Source: Alphaproteobacteria bacterium (lineage in GTDB: Bacteria; Pseudomonadota; Alphaproteobacteria; UBA2966). Taken from it: DNA of 64,000 bases. Location of the stretch: NCBI GenBank assembly GCA_963663355.2, contig CAXXKS010000001.1, positions 2,232,545-2,296,544 of the forward strand, written 5' to 3'. The notes beneath the pieces were generated by a model. The model was not told the DNA's origin. It saw nothing but the letters and a program-made list of their open reading frames with translations, and made no database searches. Below, piece after piece: positions 45,621 through 55,403 of the stretch. The position numbers and the translations under genes were made by a program. How positions within the stretch are numbered: position 1 is the stretch's first letter; every line of letters begins with the position of its first letter.

Positions 45621-47012
45621 CTATTCCGCCGCCCGTCTCCCGGCGAACTCGGGCCGGTCCTTGATCCGGGCGAGCTCGGCCTCGATATGGGCCGCCCGCT
45701 CCCCGCGCGGCAGCCCGTCCGCCGAACGGAGAACCTCGACGACGGCGCCGGACACGCGCCGCCGCAGCTCCTCGTCGTCCCCGCCCGGCGCCTCCGGCAC
45801 CGGGATGATCGTGTCGCTGCACCAGGACGGCACTTCCGCGCCGTTCTGCGGCGGCCGGGCGGGCGGCTCCCCGTTCCGCACCCGCTCGAGGCCGGCGCGG
45901 AGGTTCCTGCGCAGGATGGCGACGCCCCGGTCCGTGTGGCCGAGGTTCTCGGTGCCGTGCACGGCGACGAGCCCCTGGCCCACCTGCGCCTCGTAGTCGC
46001 TCGGAACGCGCTGGCGCTCCTCGTAGGGCCGGTCCGCGGTCTGGCCCAGGAAGTCGACGGTATCCTTGCCCACGAGCTCGCGCCGCCCCAGGCCGTCCGG
46101 GTCGACGGCCTTGCCGAAGTGCCGCCACGCCGTGATCCTGGTCGTCGTGTCGTCGACCGGCACCGTCCACTTGGTGATGGCGGCGCGCTGGAAGTACTTC
46201 TCGTCCTCCGCGGTCTCGAAGAACGATCCGACCTGGCTGAAGCTCGGGAAGAAGGTCTCGTAGACCCGCACCCAGACGTTGTCCTTCCAGCGGAAGGTAC
46301 AGACGTTGCAGGTGTGCCGCCCGTTCTCGTGCTCGTACCAGTCGATGACCGGCATCTCGCCCCAGCTCTCCTCGAAGTGGTCGACGGAGTGGTTCGCATG
46401 CAGGAACACCGTGTGATAGGGGTCCGTGGTGTTCTCCGCGATCTGGAGCCAGTTCGCCGGATACGAGATGGAATACGGCACCAGCTCGTCGTCGGCGAGG
46501 TTGAAGGTGTCGTAGACCGGGAACTCCGGCATCCAGTCCTGCGGCCCCATGTACACGAACAGCAGCCCCTTGAACTCGACCACGGGATAGGCGCCGTGGA
46601 ACACCCGTTCCTTGATCCGGCTGCCCGCGGGCTCGCCGGGCGTGTCGAGGATGGTGCCGTCCACGGCGTACTCCCAGCCGTGGTAGCAGCAGCGGATGCC
46701 GCGCTCCGTCACGTGTCCGAACTCGAGGGACGTGTTGCGGTGGCTGCAGTTCAGGTGCAGGCAGCCGTAGTCGCCCCGGCGGGTCCGGAACAGCACGAGG
46801 TCCTCGCCGAGGAGCCGGGTCCTGTGAGGAAGGTCGCCGGGAACCTCCTCCGTCATCCCGACGGGCCACCAGAACGTGCGCAGGTATTCCCCGCACGGCG
46901 TGCCCGGGCCGGTCTCGGTCAGCAGCGGGTCGGGCGGCGGGCGGACGGCCTTCCGCGCGCCGCGGAAGTCGCCCTTCGGCGTTTCGGGCCGGACGTATTC
47001 CGCAACGCTCAT
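45621..47012 (-). CDS. Rieske [2Fe-2S] non-haem-iron oxygenase alpha subunit, paralogue 2
   Basis: ORF 45621..47078 from MSVAEY (complement of 47010-47012), with a GGGGAGAGG Shine-Dalgarno. Rieske motif CSHRNTSLEFG...CCYHGW. Confidence 0.85.
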   Translation of the reverse strand: MSVAEYVRPETPKGDFRGARKAVRPPPDPLLTETGPGTPCGEYLRTFWWPVGMTEEVPGDLPHRTRLLGEDLVLFRTRRGDYGCLHLNCSHRNTSLEFGHVTERGIRCCYHGWEYAVDGTILDTPGEPAGSRIKERVFHGAYPVVEFKGLLFVYMGPQDWMPEFPVYDTFNLADDELVPYSISYPANWLQIAENTTDPYHTVFLHANHSVDHFEESWGEMPVIDWYEHENGRHTCNVCTFRWKDNVWVRVYETFFPSFSQVGSFFETAEDEKYFQRAAITKWTVPVDDTTTRITAWRHFGKAVDPDGLGRRELVGKDTVDFLGQTADRPYEERQRVPSDYEAQVGQGLVAVHGTENLGHTDRGVAILRRNLRAGLERVRNGEPPARPPQNGAEVPSWCSDTIIPVPEAPGGDDEELRRRVSGAVVEVLRSADGLPRGERAAHIEAELARIKDRPEFAGRRAAE

Positions 47013-47304
47013 CGGACCTCTCCCCTCTCGCCGCGTTCGCGCCGCACCGGGGCGCTCGCGGGACTCTCGCCGCGGCAACTATGCCCCAGGCGAACGCACG
47101 CCTTCAACCGGCGGGCCTGCCGGCCCGCTCGATCGGCGTGCGAACGGCGACCTCGGCCTCGGCGAGGCTCGGCCGACGGCGTGCTTCCGAACTGGGGCGC
47201 GTTGGGGTCGAGGTTCGACGCTCCAAAACCGCACTGTCCATATCCCGGCCTTTACCTCCGATGTCGGGCTGCCCCGGACAGCGACTCTACTTGCAAAGTA
47301 ATAT

Positions 47305-47322
47305 ACAACGTTATAACATTTC
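47305..47322 (+). promoter_or_regulatory. Zur box (ACAACGTTATAACATTTC) overlapping a putative promoter (TTGCAA-17 nt-TAACAT)
   Basis: AT-rich island directly upstream of zur. The right half TATAACATTTC matches the proteobacterial Zur-box half-site. The core palindrome is GTTATAAC. Confidence 0.6.
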
Positions 47323-47352
47323 TTGCATGTCTCGCAAGACCGAGGCCGGGAG

Positions 47353-47853
47353 ATGACGAAACCGTCTACCCGGCCCCGCACCGATCCGGATTGCCGCGGG
47401 CGGCACTCGCCGCTCGAGCGGGTCGCGCTCGCGGTATCGATTTGCGAGGAGCGCGGCGTACGGATGACGGAGCTGAGGAGGCGTGTCCTGGAGCTGCTTT
47501 GGGCGAGCGGTCGGCCGACGGGCGCCTACGAACTCATCGAAGCGGTCAGGCTCGGAGGTTCACGTCCGGTCGGACCGCCGACCGTGTACCGGGCGCTTGA
47601 GTTCCTGATGGCGCAGGGCCTCGTTTCGAAGATCGAAAGCCTGAACGCCTACGTCCCGTGCGTCCATCCCGAGCACGACCACGACTGCCTGTTCTTCATC
47701 TGCAGCGGCTGCCGCGCATCGGTCGAGCTCGAGGATCCGCGGATCGGAGGACTGCTTGCCGAGGATGCCGCCGTCATCGGGTTCGTAGCGACACGTCGGA
47801 CGGTCGAGGTCGAGGGCATGTGCGCACGGTGCGCGGAAGCCGGCGCGGCGTAG
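47353..47853 (+). CDS. zur: Fur-family zinc uptake regulator
   Basis: ORF 47323..47853. I prefer ATG 47353 because 47323 sits inside the operator. The winged-helix segment is YRALEFLMAQGLV. Motifs HDH..FFIC..C and C-terminal CxxC. Confidence 0.8.
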   Translation: MTKPSTRPRTDPDCRGRHSPLERVALAVSICEERGVRMTELRRRVLELLWASGRPTGAYELIEAVRLGGSRPVGPPTVYRALEFLMAQGLVSKIESLNAYVPCVHPEHDHDCLFFICSGCRASVELEDPRIGGLLAEDAAVIGFVATRRTVEVEGMCARCAEAGAA

Positions 47854-47949
47854 GCGGGAACGAGGAGCTCCACCCATGGAGAACCGGTATCCGGATGAAT
47901 CGCGGGCGCGGCTGGACGTGAGCGCCCCCGCTCGGCAGGAAGCGCCGGC

Positions 47950-48084
47950 ATGAGGACGCGGCACGCGGCTTCGATCCAGCTGCTGCTGCTCGGCGCCGGC
48001 CCCCGGCTGCTCGGAGCGGCCCTGATCGTGGCCGCGCTCTGGGGCGCGTTCTTCTTGGCGACGTCCACGCCGGGTGGACCATGA
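47950..48084 (+). CDS. 44-aa hydrophobic small protein (unannotated-type sORF) coupled to znuC
   Basis: Read by hand, as it is below the track cutoff: MRTRHAASIQLLLLGAGPRLLGAALIVAALWGAFFLATSTPGGP. AGGAAG Shine-Dalgarno 8 nt upstream, GC3-rich codons, and a stop that overlaps the znuC ATG (ATGA). Confidence 0.45.
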   Translation: MRTRHAASIQLLLLGAGPRLLGAALIVAALWGAFFLATSTPGGP

Positions 48085-48825
48085 CCTGCGCCCTCGAGTT
48101 TCAGGATCTGAGCCTCGGCTACGACCGGCATCCGGCCGTGCACCGCCTGCGCGGCGAAATCGCCGAGGGCAGCCTGACCGCCATCGTCGGACCCAACGGG
48201 GCCGGCAAGTCCACGGTGCTGAAGGGGGTGATCGGCACGCTCCACCCGCTCGAAGGCCGGATCGCCTTCGGCGGGATCGCGCGGAGCGAGATCGCCTACC
48301 TGCCGCAGCAATCGGACGTCGACCGGTCTTTCCCGATCGCGGTCGCCGACCTCGTGGCGATGGGCCTCTGGCGGGAGATCGGCGGCTTCGCGGGCTTGCG
48401 GGCCAGTTCACCGCGCGCGCGTCGCCGAGGCGATTTCCGCGGTCGGGCTCGAAGGGTTCGAGAAGCGGCCGATCGGGTCGCTTTCGGGAGGTCAGATACA
48501 GCGTGCGCTCTTCGCGCGGCTTCTGTTGCAGGACGCGCGGCTCGTCCTGCTCGACGAACCCTTCACCGCGGTCGACGCGAGAACCGTGGCCGACCTGATC
48601 GGCGTGGTGCGGCGCTGGCACGGCGAAGGCCGCACGGTGCTCGCCGTCCTGCACGACGTCGACACGGTGCGGGCCCACTTCCCCCGCACGCTGATGCTGG
48701 CGCGCGAGCTCGTTGCCCATGGACCCACGGCGCAGGTGCTGACGGCCGAAAACCAGTTCCGCGCGCGCCAGATGTGCGAGGCCTGCGCCGGCCCCCCGCA
48801 CATATGCGGGCGAAGCGCCGCATGA
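48081..48825 (+). pseudogene. znuC: zinc ABC transporter ATP-binding protein, interrupted by a 1-nt insertion near 48400-48402
   Basis: Walker A (GPNGAGKST) is in the frame of 48081. LSGGQIQRALFARLLLQDARLVLLDEPFTAVD and the remainder are in the +1 frame (ORF 48526..48825). The junction is at the GGG run 48400-48402. Confidence 0.8.
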
Positions 48826-49691
48826 TGTGGGAGGTCCTCGTTCAGCCCTTCGCCGATTTCGGCTTCATGCGGCGCGCGCTGACGGGCTGCATCGCGATCT
48901 CGGTCGGCGCGACGCCGGTCGGCGTGTTCCTGATGCTGCGCCGCATGAGTCTGACGGGCGACGCGATGGCTTGTGCGATCCTGCCGGGCGCGGCCGTCGG
49001 CTATCTCGTCGCGGGCCTCTCGCTCGGGGCGATGACCGTCGGCGGGCTGATCGCGGGCATGACCGTGGCGCTGCTTGCGGGCTTCGTGACCCGCGTCACG
49101 GCGCTGCGCGAGGACGCGAGCCTGGCGGCCTTCTACCTGATCTCGCTGGCGGTGGGCGTGCTGATCGTGTCCACCCGGGGCAGCAATGTCGACCTGATGC
49201 ACGTGCTCTTCGGGACCGTGCTCGCGCTCAACGACGCCACCCTGACCCTGCTCTGTTCCTTCGCGAGCGTTTCGGTCTTCGCGCTCGCGGCCCTGTTCCG
49301 GCCGCTCGTGCTCGAATGCGCGGACCCGCAGTTCCTGCGCTCGGTCAGCGGGCTCAGCGCCATGACGCATTTCACGTTTCTCGCCCTCGTCGTGCTGAAC
49401 CTCGTGGCCGGCTTTCACGCGCTCGGCACGCTGATGGCCGTCGGCATCATGATCCTTCCTGCCGCCGCCGCGCGGTTCTGGGCGGTCGGCATCGGCGCCC
49501 TGATCGCCGTCGCGGTCTCGGTCGCGATGCTCTCGAGCCTGAGCGGCCTTCTTCTCTCCTACCATTTCAGCCTGCCGTCCGGGCCCGCGATCATCCTCGT
49601 CGCGGGTCTCGCCTACGCGCTGTCGCTGGTCTTCGGACCGGTGAGCGGTCTCGCCGGGCGGGCCTTCCCGCGCCGCCATCTCGAAGTCTGA
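48822..49691 (+). CDS. znuB: zinc ABC transporter permease
   Basis: Distal part of ORF 48081..49691 from ATG 48822, which overlaps the znuC stop (ATGA). ABC-3 polytopic sequence. Confidence 0.85.
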   Translation: MMWEVLVQPFADFGFMRRALTGCIAISVGATPVGVFLMLRRMSLTGDAMACAILPGAAVGYLVAGLSLGAMTVGGLIAGMTVALLAGFVTRVTALREDASLAAFYLISLAVGVLIVSTRGSNVDLMHVLFGTVLALNDATLTLLCSFASVSVFALAALFRPLVLECADPQFLRSVSGLSAMTHFTFLALVVLNLVAGFHALGTLMAVGIMILPAAAARFWAVGIGALIAVAVSVAMLSSLSGLLLSYHFSLPSGPAIILVAGLAYALSLVFGPVSGLAGRAFPRRHLEV

Positions 49692-49702
49692 AAGGAGTTC
49701 CG

Positions 49703-50761
49703 ATGCTTGCCCGCAGAGCGCTTCCGGTATCCGCCGCCGCCGTCCTCGCCCTGTCGCTCGCCGCCCCGGCGATCGCACGGTCCGACGGACCCATCCCGGC
49801 GGTCGCCACCTTCTCGATCCTCGGCGACATGGTGAAGCGCATCGGCGGCGAGCACGTCGCAGTCACGACGCTCGTCGGCCCCGACGGGGATACGCATGTC
49901 TACCAGCCCACCCCCGCCGACGCGCGGGCCGTCAGCGAAGCGACGATCCTTGTCGTCAACGGGCTGCAGTTCGAAGGCTGGCTGGACCGGCTGATCGCCG
50001 CTTCGGACTTCCGCGGCGTCCGGGTGGTGGCGACCGACGGCATCGAGCCGATCGCGTTCGACGACGAGCACGACGACGAGCACGATAACGGCGGCGGCCA
50101 CGAAGACCACGCAGAAGAGGCCGGTCATGACCGTGATCACGATGACCACGCCGAGGCCGGGCATGATGACGACCACGAGGCACGCACGAGGCGCATGACC
50201 GAGGGCGACGATGACGACCACCATCACCATGGCGCTTTCGACCCGCACGGCTGGCAGAGCCTCCGCAATGCCGTGACCTATATCGACAACATCACTGCCG
50301 CTCTGGCTCACGCCGACCCGGCGAACGCGGCCGACTTCCACCGGAACCGCGCAACTTACGGCGCCGAGATCGAGGCGCTCGACGCGGAGATCCGCGAGCT
50401 CGTGGCGGGCCTGCCGGCCGACCGCCGCACCGTCGTCACCTCGCACGATGCGTTCCAGTATTTCGGCCGCGACTATGGGCTTACCTTCCTGGCACCCCAG
50501 GGGCTCAGCACGGAGTCGGAGGCGTCGGCGCAGGACGTCGCCCGGCTGATTGAGCGCATCCGTGACGAGGGTATCTCGGCCGTTTTCCTTGAGAACATCA
50601 CCGATGGGCGCCTGCTCGAGCAGATCGCAAACGAGACCGGGGCCACCATCGGCGGCACGCTTTATCCGGGCGCGCTGTCCGGCCCGGACGGTCCGGCACC
50701 GACCTACCTCGACATGATGCGGCACAACGCGATGACGCTCGCGCGGGCGCTGACTCCGTAA
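49703..50761 (+). CDS. znuA: periplasmic zinc-binding protein with His/Asp-rich loop
   Basis: Part of ORF 48827..50761 from ATG 49703, after an AAAGGAG Shine-Dalgarno. Signal peptide, DTHVYQP, and an acidic His-rich insert (DDEHDDEHDNGGGHEDH...DDDHHHHG). Confidence 0.85.
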   Translation: MLARRALPVSAAAVLALSLAAPAIARSDGPIPAVATFSILGDMVKRIGGEHVAVTTLVGPDGDTHVYQPTPADARAVSEATILVVNGLQFEGWLDRLIAASDFRGVRVVATDGIEPIAFDDEHDDEHDNGGGHEDHAEEAGHDRDHDDHAEAGHDDDHEARTRRMTEGDDDDHHHHGAFDPHGWQSLRNAVTYIDNITAALAHADPANAADFHRNRATYGAEIEALDAEIRELVAGLPADRRTVVTSHDAFQYFGRDYGLTFLAPQGLSTESEASAQDVARLIERIRDEGISAVFLENITDGRLLEQIANETGATIGGTLYPGALSGPDGPAPTYLDMMRHNAMTLARALTP

Positions 50762-50888
50762 GGCTCGGCGCGGATTTCGGAAGATCGAGGCGAATCGAGG
50801 CGCACACAGGAACCCGAGCCGTCGACTCCGTTTGCGGCACGGCGGGGCCTGGAGACACCGCAGGGGCGTCCGCCCAAGGACACGGCTT

Positions 50889-51260
50889 CGAACGACCCGC
50901 CACCATGAACCGGGTGGACGGACATGGATGCCCGGAAGAAGGGATCGACAAACCTGTCGACCCGGATCGAGCGAGAGGCGACAGCGAAGCCGACGGTGCT
51001 TCCCTTCAACTCCGAGGGGGCGGCGGGAGTGTCGGCGGAGTTTCGGATCGGCATCCCGCGGCACCGAGCGCCGCGTCGGTGCCGGCCCGAGACGGGCGTG
51101 GCCGCCCTATCTGCAACATGGTGCGAACTGTGCGAATTCACCGGGGTGCATGAGCGTCCGGCCCGCATCGTGCGGATGGGACGCCCGCGTACCCAGGGGA
51201 CCGGGGGCCGGACGCGAAACCCGCGCCCTCCCCCCTACTCCGTGCGAACTGTGCGAATTC
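50889..51260 (+). repeat. composite intergenic element C: conserved 5' module (50889-50935) and two GTGCGAACTGTGCGAATTC boxes (51121-51139, 51242-51260)
   Basis: The 5' module matches 15469-15514. The core GGCCCGCATCGTGCG..GGGACGCCCGCGTACCC matches element B. Ends 102 nt upstream of the co-oriented crotonase gene. Confidence 0.7.
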
Positions 51261-51362
51261 GTCCCCGCCGCCGACCGGCCCCGACTCCCGCGGCCGCTTC
51301 GTGTAGATTGGCGCCGTCCCCGGATGGCGGGGGGCGCGAACCGTGAGACCGCGGGAGGGGGC

Positions 51363-52172
51363 ATGGCGACGGGGTACGGCGCGGACGACGTGGTGCTGGT
51401 GGAGCGCGGCGGCGACGTGGCCACCGTGGCGCTGAACCGGCCGGAGAGGCTGAACGCGCTCAACCGGGAGATGTGGGCCCGCGTCGGCGAGGCGTTCCGC
51501 GCGCTCGACGGCGACGACGGGCTGCGCTGCGTCGTGCTGCGGGGCGCGGGCGACGAGGCCCTCGCGCCGGGCGCCGACATCGGCGAGTTCGCCGACGTGC
51601 GCAACGATTCCGGCCAGGCGGCCGAATACGGCGGCCTCATGCACGAGGCCATGGCCGCCGTCCGCGACTGCCCCGCTCCGGTGGTCGCCCGCATCGGGGG
51701 GCTGTGCGTGGGCGGCGGCCTCGAGCTCGCCCTCATGTGCGACCTCCGCATCGCCGGCGCGGGGGCCCGCCTCGGCGTGCCCGTCAGCCGCCTGGGGCTG
51801 GTCATGGCCTATCCCGAGGTGGAGGCGCTCGTCGATCTGGCGGGACCCTCGGCGGCCCTCGAGATCCTGCTGGAGGCGCGCGTGTTCAGCGCGGAGGAGG
51901 CGAGGGACAAGGGGCTCGTCAACCGCGTCGTCCCCGACGGCGAGCTGGACGCGGAAGTCGCCAAGACGGTCGCGCGCATCTGCGCGGGCGCGCCGCTGGT
52001 CAACCGCTGGCACAAGAAGTTCGTCCGGCGGGTGGCCGCGGGCACCCGGACGCCCGCCCCCCTCGCGCCGGACGAGGCCGCCGAGGGCTTCGCCTGCTTC
52101 GATACCGCGGACTTCCGCGAAGGCGTCCGCGCCTTCCTCGCCAAGGAAACGCCGCGGTTCGAGGGCCGGTGA
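51363..52172 (+). CDS. enoyl-CoA hydratase/isomerase (crotonase) family protein
   Basis: Tail of ORF 50832..52172 from ATG 51363. Motifs LNRPERLNAL and GGGLELALMCDLRIA. Confidence 0.85.
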   Translation: MATGYGADDVVLVERGGDVATVALNRPERLNALNREMWARVGEAFRALDGDDGLRCVVLRGAGDEALAPGADIGEFADVRNDSGQAAEYGGLMHEAMAAVRDCPAPVVARIGGLCVGGGLELALMCDLRIAGAGARLGVPVSRLGLVMAYPEVEALVDLAGPSAALEILLEARVFSAEEARDKGLVNRVVPDGELDAEVAKTVARICAGAPLVNRWHKKFVRRVAAGTRTPAPLAPDEAAEGFACFDTADFREGVRAFLAKETPRFEGR

Positions 52173-52174
52173 GC

Positions 52175-53389
52175 ATGACGGACGGCGGAGGGGATGGCGG
52201 CGGCGGACTGCTGTCGGGCGTCCGGGTGGTCGAGATGAGCCACGTCATGGCCGCGCCCGCGTGCGGGCTGCTGCTCGCCGACATGGGCGCCGACGTCATC
52301 AAGGTGGAGCGGCTTCCCCACGGGGACGGCATCCGCGGCAACGGACCCTTCGCGGACGGCGAATCGGCCCCCTTCGCCATGATGAACCGCAACAAGCGGG
52401 GCGCGGCCCTCGACACGGGGACGGACGGCGGCAAGGCGGCCCTGCGGCGGCTGATCGCGGGCGCGGACGTGTTCGTCGAGAACTACCGCCCGGGCGCCAT
52501 GGATCGCTACGGCGCGGGCTACCGGGAGATGGCGAAGGCCAATCCCGGACTGGTCTACTGCTCGGTCTCGGGCTTCGGCGGCACCGGGCCGTACGCCGGA
52601 CGCGGCGGCTTCGACCTCGTGGCGCAGGGCATGAGCGGCCTCATGAGCATCACCGGCGAAGGCCCCGGCAGGCCGCCGGTCAAGGTGGGCGCCCCCGTCA
52701 CCGACATCACCGCCGGGACGCTCGCCGCGCTCGGCATCGTGGCGGCCCTGTTCAAGCGCGCGGGCACGGGGCGGGGCCAGCTCGTCGACACCTCCCTCCT
52801 CGAGGCCGGCATCCTGCACACGTGCTGGCAGTCGGCGATCTTCCTGGCCTCGGGCGAGCGGCCGGCGGCCATGGGGTCGGCCCATCCCCTGATGGCCCCC
52901 TACCAGGCGTTCCGGACCGGCGACGGCTGGATCAACGTGGGCGCCGCCAACCAGGGCCTGTGGCTGAAGCTCGTGGAGATCCTCGGCGTCCCCGAGCTCG
53001 CCGGCGACCCGCGCTTCGCGGGGCCGGAGGAACGCCGGGCCAACCTCGCGGACCTGCAGGAGGCCCTCGCGCCCGTCTTCGAGACCGACACCGCCGACGG
53101 CTGGTTCGCGAGGCTCGACGCCGCCGGCATTCCGGCGGGCCCGGTCCTCGACATCGCGGGAATGACGACAGACGAGCACGTTCTGGCCCGCGGGATGATC
53201 GCGGAGGTGGGAACGTCCCGGGGCGGACCCATGCGGGTCCTGGGCCACCCCGTCAAGTACTCGGAGAACCCCGCCGCCATCCGCCGCCGGGCGCCCCGGC
53301 TCGGCGAGCACACGCGGGAGGTGCTCGGCGAGGCCGGCTACTCCGGCGAAGAGATCCGGGCGCTCGAGGCCGCGGGCGCCATCGCCTGA
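52175..53389 (+). CDS. family III CoA-transferase (CaiB/BaiF)
   Basis: Tail of ORF 51473..53389 from ATG 52175. Motifs VRVVEMSHVMAAPACG, ADVIKVE and VENYRPG. Confidence 0.85.
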   Translation: MTDGGGDGGGGLLSGVRVVEMSHVMAAPACGLLLADMGADVIKVERLPHGDGIRGNGPFADGESAPFAMMNRNKRGAALDTGTDGGKAALRRLIAGADVFVENYRPGAMDRYGAGYREMAKANPGLVYCSVSGFGGTGPYAGRGGFDLVAQGMSGLMSITGEGPGRPPVKVGAPVTDITAGTLAALGIVAALFKRAGTGRGQLVDTSLLEAGILHTCWQSAIFLASGERPAAMGSAHPLMAPYQAFRTGDGWINVGAANQGLWLKLVEILGVPELAGDPRFAGPEERRANLADLQEALAPVFETDTADGWFARLDAAGIPAGPVLDIAGMTTDEHVLARGMIAEVGTSRGGPMRVLGHPVKYSENPAAIRRRAPRLGEHTREVLGEAGYSGEEIRALEAAGAIA

Positions 53390-53401
53390 CCCGCCCGCCG
53401 C

Positions 53402-54385
53402 TCAGCCCGCGAGCGACCGGCAGGCCGCCGCGACGTGGCGGGCGCTCATGCCGTAGCGGTCCCGGACCTTCCCGGTCGGTCCCACCACGGCGTATTCGGC
53501 GGGCATGCCGACGAAGCGCATGGGCGTGGGATGCTCCTCGGCCAGCAGCTCGGCGACGGCGCCGCCGAGGCCGCCGGCCAGACGGTGCTCCTCCGCCGTG
53601 ACGATCCCGCCGGTCTCGGCCGCCGCCGCGAGAACCGCGTCGCGGTCGAGGGGCTTGATCGTGTGCATGTTGACCACCCGCGCGCCGATGCCCTCCCCCG
53701 CCAGGGTTTCGGCCGCGGACAGGGCTTCCGGCACCATGCAGCCGCAGGCGATCACGGTCACGTCCCCGCCTCCGCGCAGGACGTCGGCCCGGCCGATGCG
53801 GTAGTCCGCGTCGACCGGCGTCGCCGGGGTCTCGACGGCCCGCCCACCCAAGCGGAGATAAACGGGGCCGTCGTGGTCTTGGGTGGCCAGGGTGGCGTGG
53901 TAGCCCTGGTGGGCGTCGGCGGCGACGATCACGGTCATGTTGGGCAGGGTGCGCATCAGGGCGATGTCCTCTACCGCGTGATGGGTCCCGCCCGACACCG
54001 CGAGGGAGATGCCGCTGCACGCCGCGCCGATGACGACCCGCTGGTTGGCGTAGTCCACGTCGTTGCGCAACTGCTCCATCGAGCGCGCGGTGATGAACGG
54101 CGCGTAGCCGCAGAGATAGGGATGCAGGCCCGTGGTCGCGAGGCCGCTGGCGACCCCCATGGCGTTCTGCTCCGCGATGCCGACGTCGATCACGCGCTCG
54201 GGATGCCGCTCCATCAGCGTCCGCAGGCCGATCAGGTCGAGGGTGTCGGCCGCCACGGCGACGACGCCGTCGTCCCGGTCCGCCAGCTCCGTGACGGCCA
54301 GGCCGAACGACAGGCGAGACTGGTTGGCGGCGAGGCCGACCCATTCGGGCGCGTCCGCGACTCCCGCGCCGGCGCCGGCCGTCAT
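53402..54385 (-). CDS. transketolase-family, C-terminal (pyrimidine-binding) subunit
   Basis: Part of ORF 53402..55384 from MTAGAG. GIAEQNAMGVASGLA. The ATG overlaps the upstream stop (ATGA). Confidence 0.85.
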   Translation of the reverse strand: MTAGAGAGVADAPEWVGLAANQSRLSFGLAVTELADRDDGVVAVAADTLDLIGLRTLMERHPERVIDVGIAEQNAMGVASGLATTGLHPYLCGYAPFITARSMEQLRNDVDYANQRVVIGAACSGISLAVSGGTHHAVEDIALMRTLPNMTVIVAADAHQGYHATLATQDHDGPVYLRLGGRAVETPATPVDADYRIGRADVLRGGGDVTVIACGCMVPEALSAAETLAGEGIGARVVNMHTIKPLDRDAVLAAAAETGGIVTAEEHRLAGGLGGAVAELLAEEHPTPMRFVGMPAEYAVVGPTGKVRDRYGMSARHVAAACRSLAG

Positions 54386-55224
54386 GTCCGCGCCTCCTCC
54401 AGCTCCGCGAGGGCCTGCGCGTAGACCTCGTCGGTCACGGCGTTGTTGTGCCAGAGGTAGGTGTCCTCCGCGAAGCTGGCGCCCTTGCCCTTGACCGTGT
54501 GGGCGATCACGAAGGACGGCTTGTCCTCCTCCAGGGGAAGCGCGTCGAGGACGTCGACGATCTCGCCCACGTCGTGGCCGTCGACCTCCCGGACCGCCCA
54601 GCCGAAGGCGCGCCACTTTTCGGCCAGGGGCTCCAGCGCCATCCTGTCGCGGACGTGCCCGCTCTGCTGGACCTTGTTGTAGTCGACGATGGCGGTGAGG
54701 CTGGAGAGCGACATGTGCGCCGCGGCCATCGCCGCCTCCCAGTTCGAGCCCTCCTGCAACTCGCCGTCGCCGATCATCACGACGGTGCGGAACGCCTTCT
54801 TCCGGAGGCGCGCGCCGAGGGCCATGCCCATGCCGACGGAGAGGCCGTGGCCCAGCCCGCCGGTGCTCATCTCCACGCCCTCGCACTTGATGTCGGGGTG
54901 CATGCCGAGCAGCGACTCGTAGGCGTAGAAGTCGTCGAGGCGGCTCTCCTCGAAGAAGCCGGCCTGGGCCAGCACCGCGGCCAGCGCCGCGTTGCCGTGG
55001 CCCTTCGACAGCACGAAACGGTCGCGGTCGGGCCAGTCCGGCTCGTCGGGCCGGAGGCGGAGATGATGGAAGTAGAGCGCCGCCAGCAGCTCCGCCGCGG
55101 AGAGTGCGCCCCCGACGTGGCCGGCGCCCGCCGCGCGCAGCGCGCGCCAGGAGTTGCGCCGGATGTCGCGGGCCTCGTCCCGCAGCCGTTGCAGCACGGC
55201 GTCCCTGTTGCTCGTCTGGGGCAT
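54382..55224 (-). CDS. transketolase-family, N-terminal (TPP-binding) subunit
   Basis: 280 aa. Motifs GHVGGALS, SKGHG and GDGELQEGSNWEA. Confidence 0.85.
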   Translation of the reverse strand: MPQTSNRDAVLQRLRDEARDIRRNSWRALRAAGAGHVGGALSAAELLAALYFHHLRLRPDEPDWPDRDRFVLSKGHGNAALAAVLAQAGFFEESRLDDFYAYESLLGMHPDIKCEGVEMSTGGLGHGLSVGMGMALGARLRKKAFRTVVMIGDGELQEGSNWEAAMAAAHMSLSSLTAIVDYNKVQQSGHVRDRMALEPLAEKWRAFGWAVREVDGHDVGEIVDVLDALPLEEDKPSFVIAHTVKGKGASFAEDTYLWHNNAVTDEVYAQALAELEEART

Positions 55225-55403
55225 GGAAGACCCTTTCGTACGCCGCGGGGGAACGGCACCGGGGGCGGATCATACCGAACCGGGCGGGGGCGACAAACGT
55301 CCGCGTCCCGCCCGCGTGCCGGCGCAGCGGTCCCTGTGGTAATGTCCCGCCGTATCCGCCCGGCGGCGGAGCGGAGCGGACCAACGGGGAAGGAGTGGAC
55401 GAG

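Noticed and set aside
48081-49691. Natural ZnuC-ZnuB fusion protein (and likewise a SelA-SelB fusion at 56338..59706)
   Set aside because: The middle of each ORF is an out-of-frame translation. The missing conserved motifs (LSGGQ/Walker B; the SelA PLP-lysine region) are intact in the +1 frame and end in the normal ATGA overlap. These are frameshifted two-gene operons.
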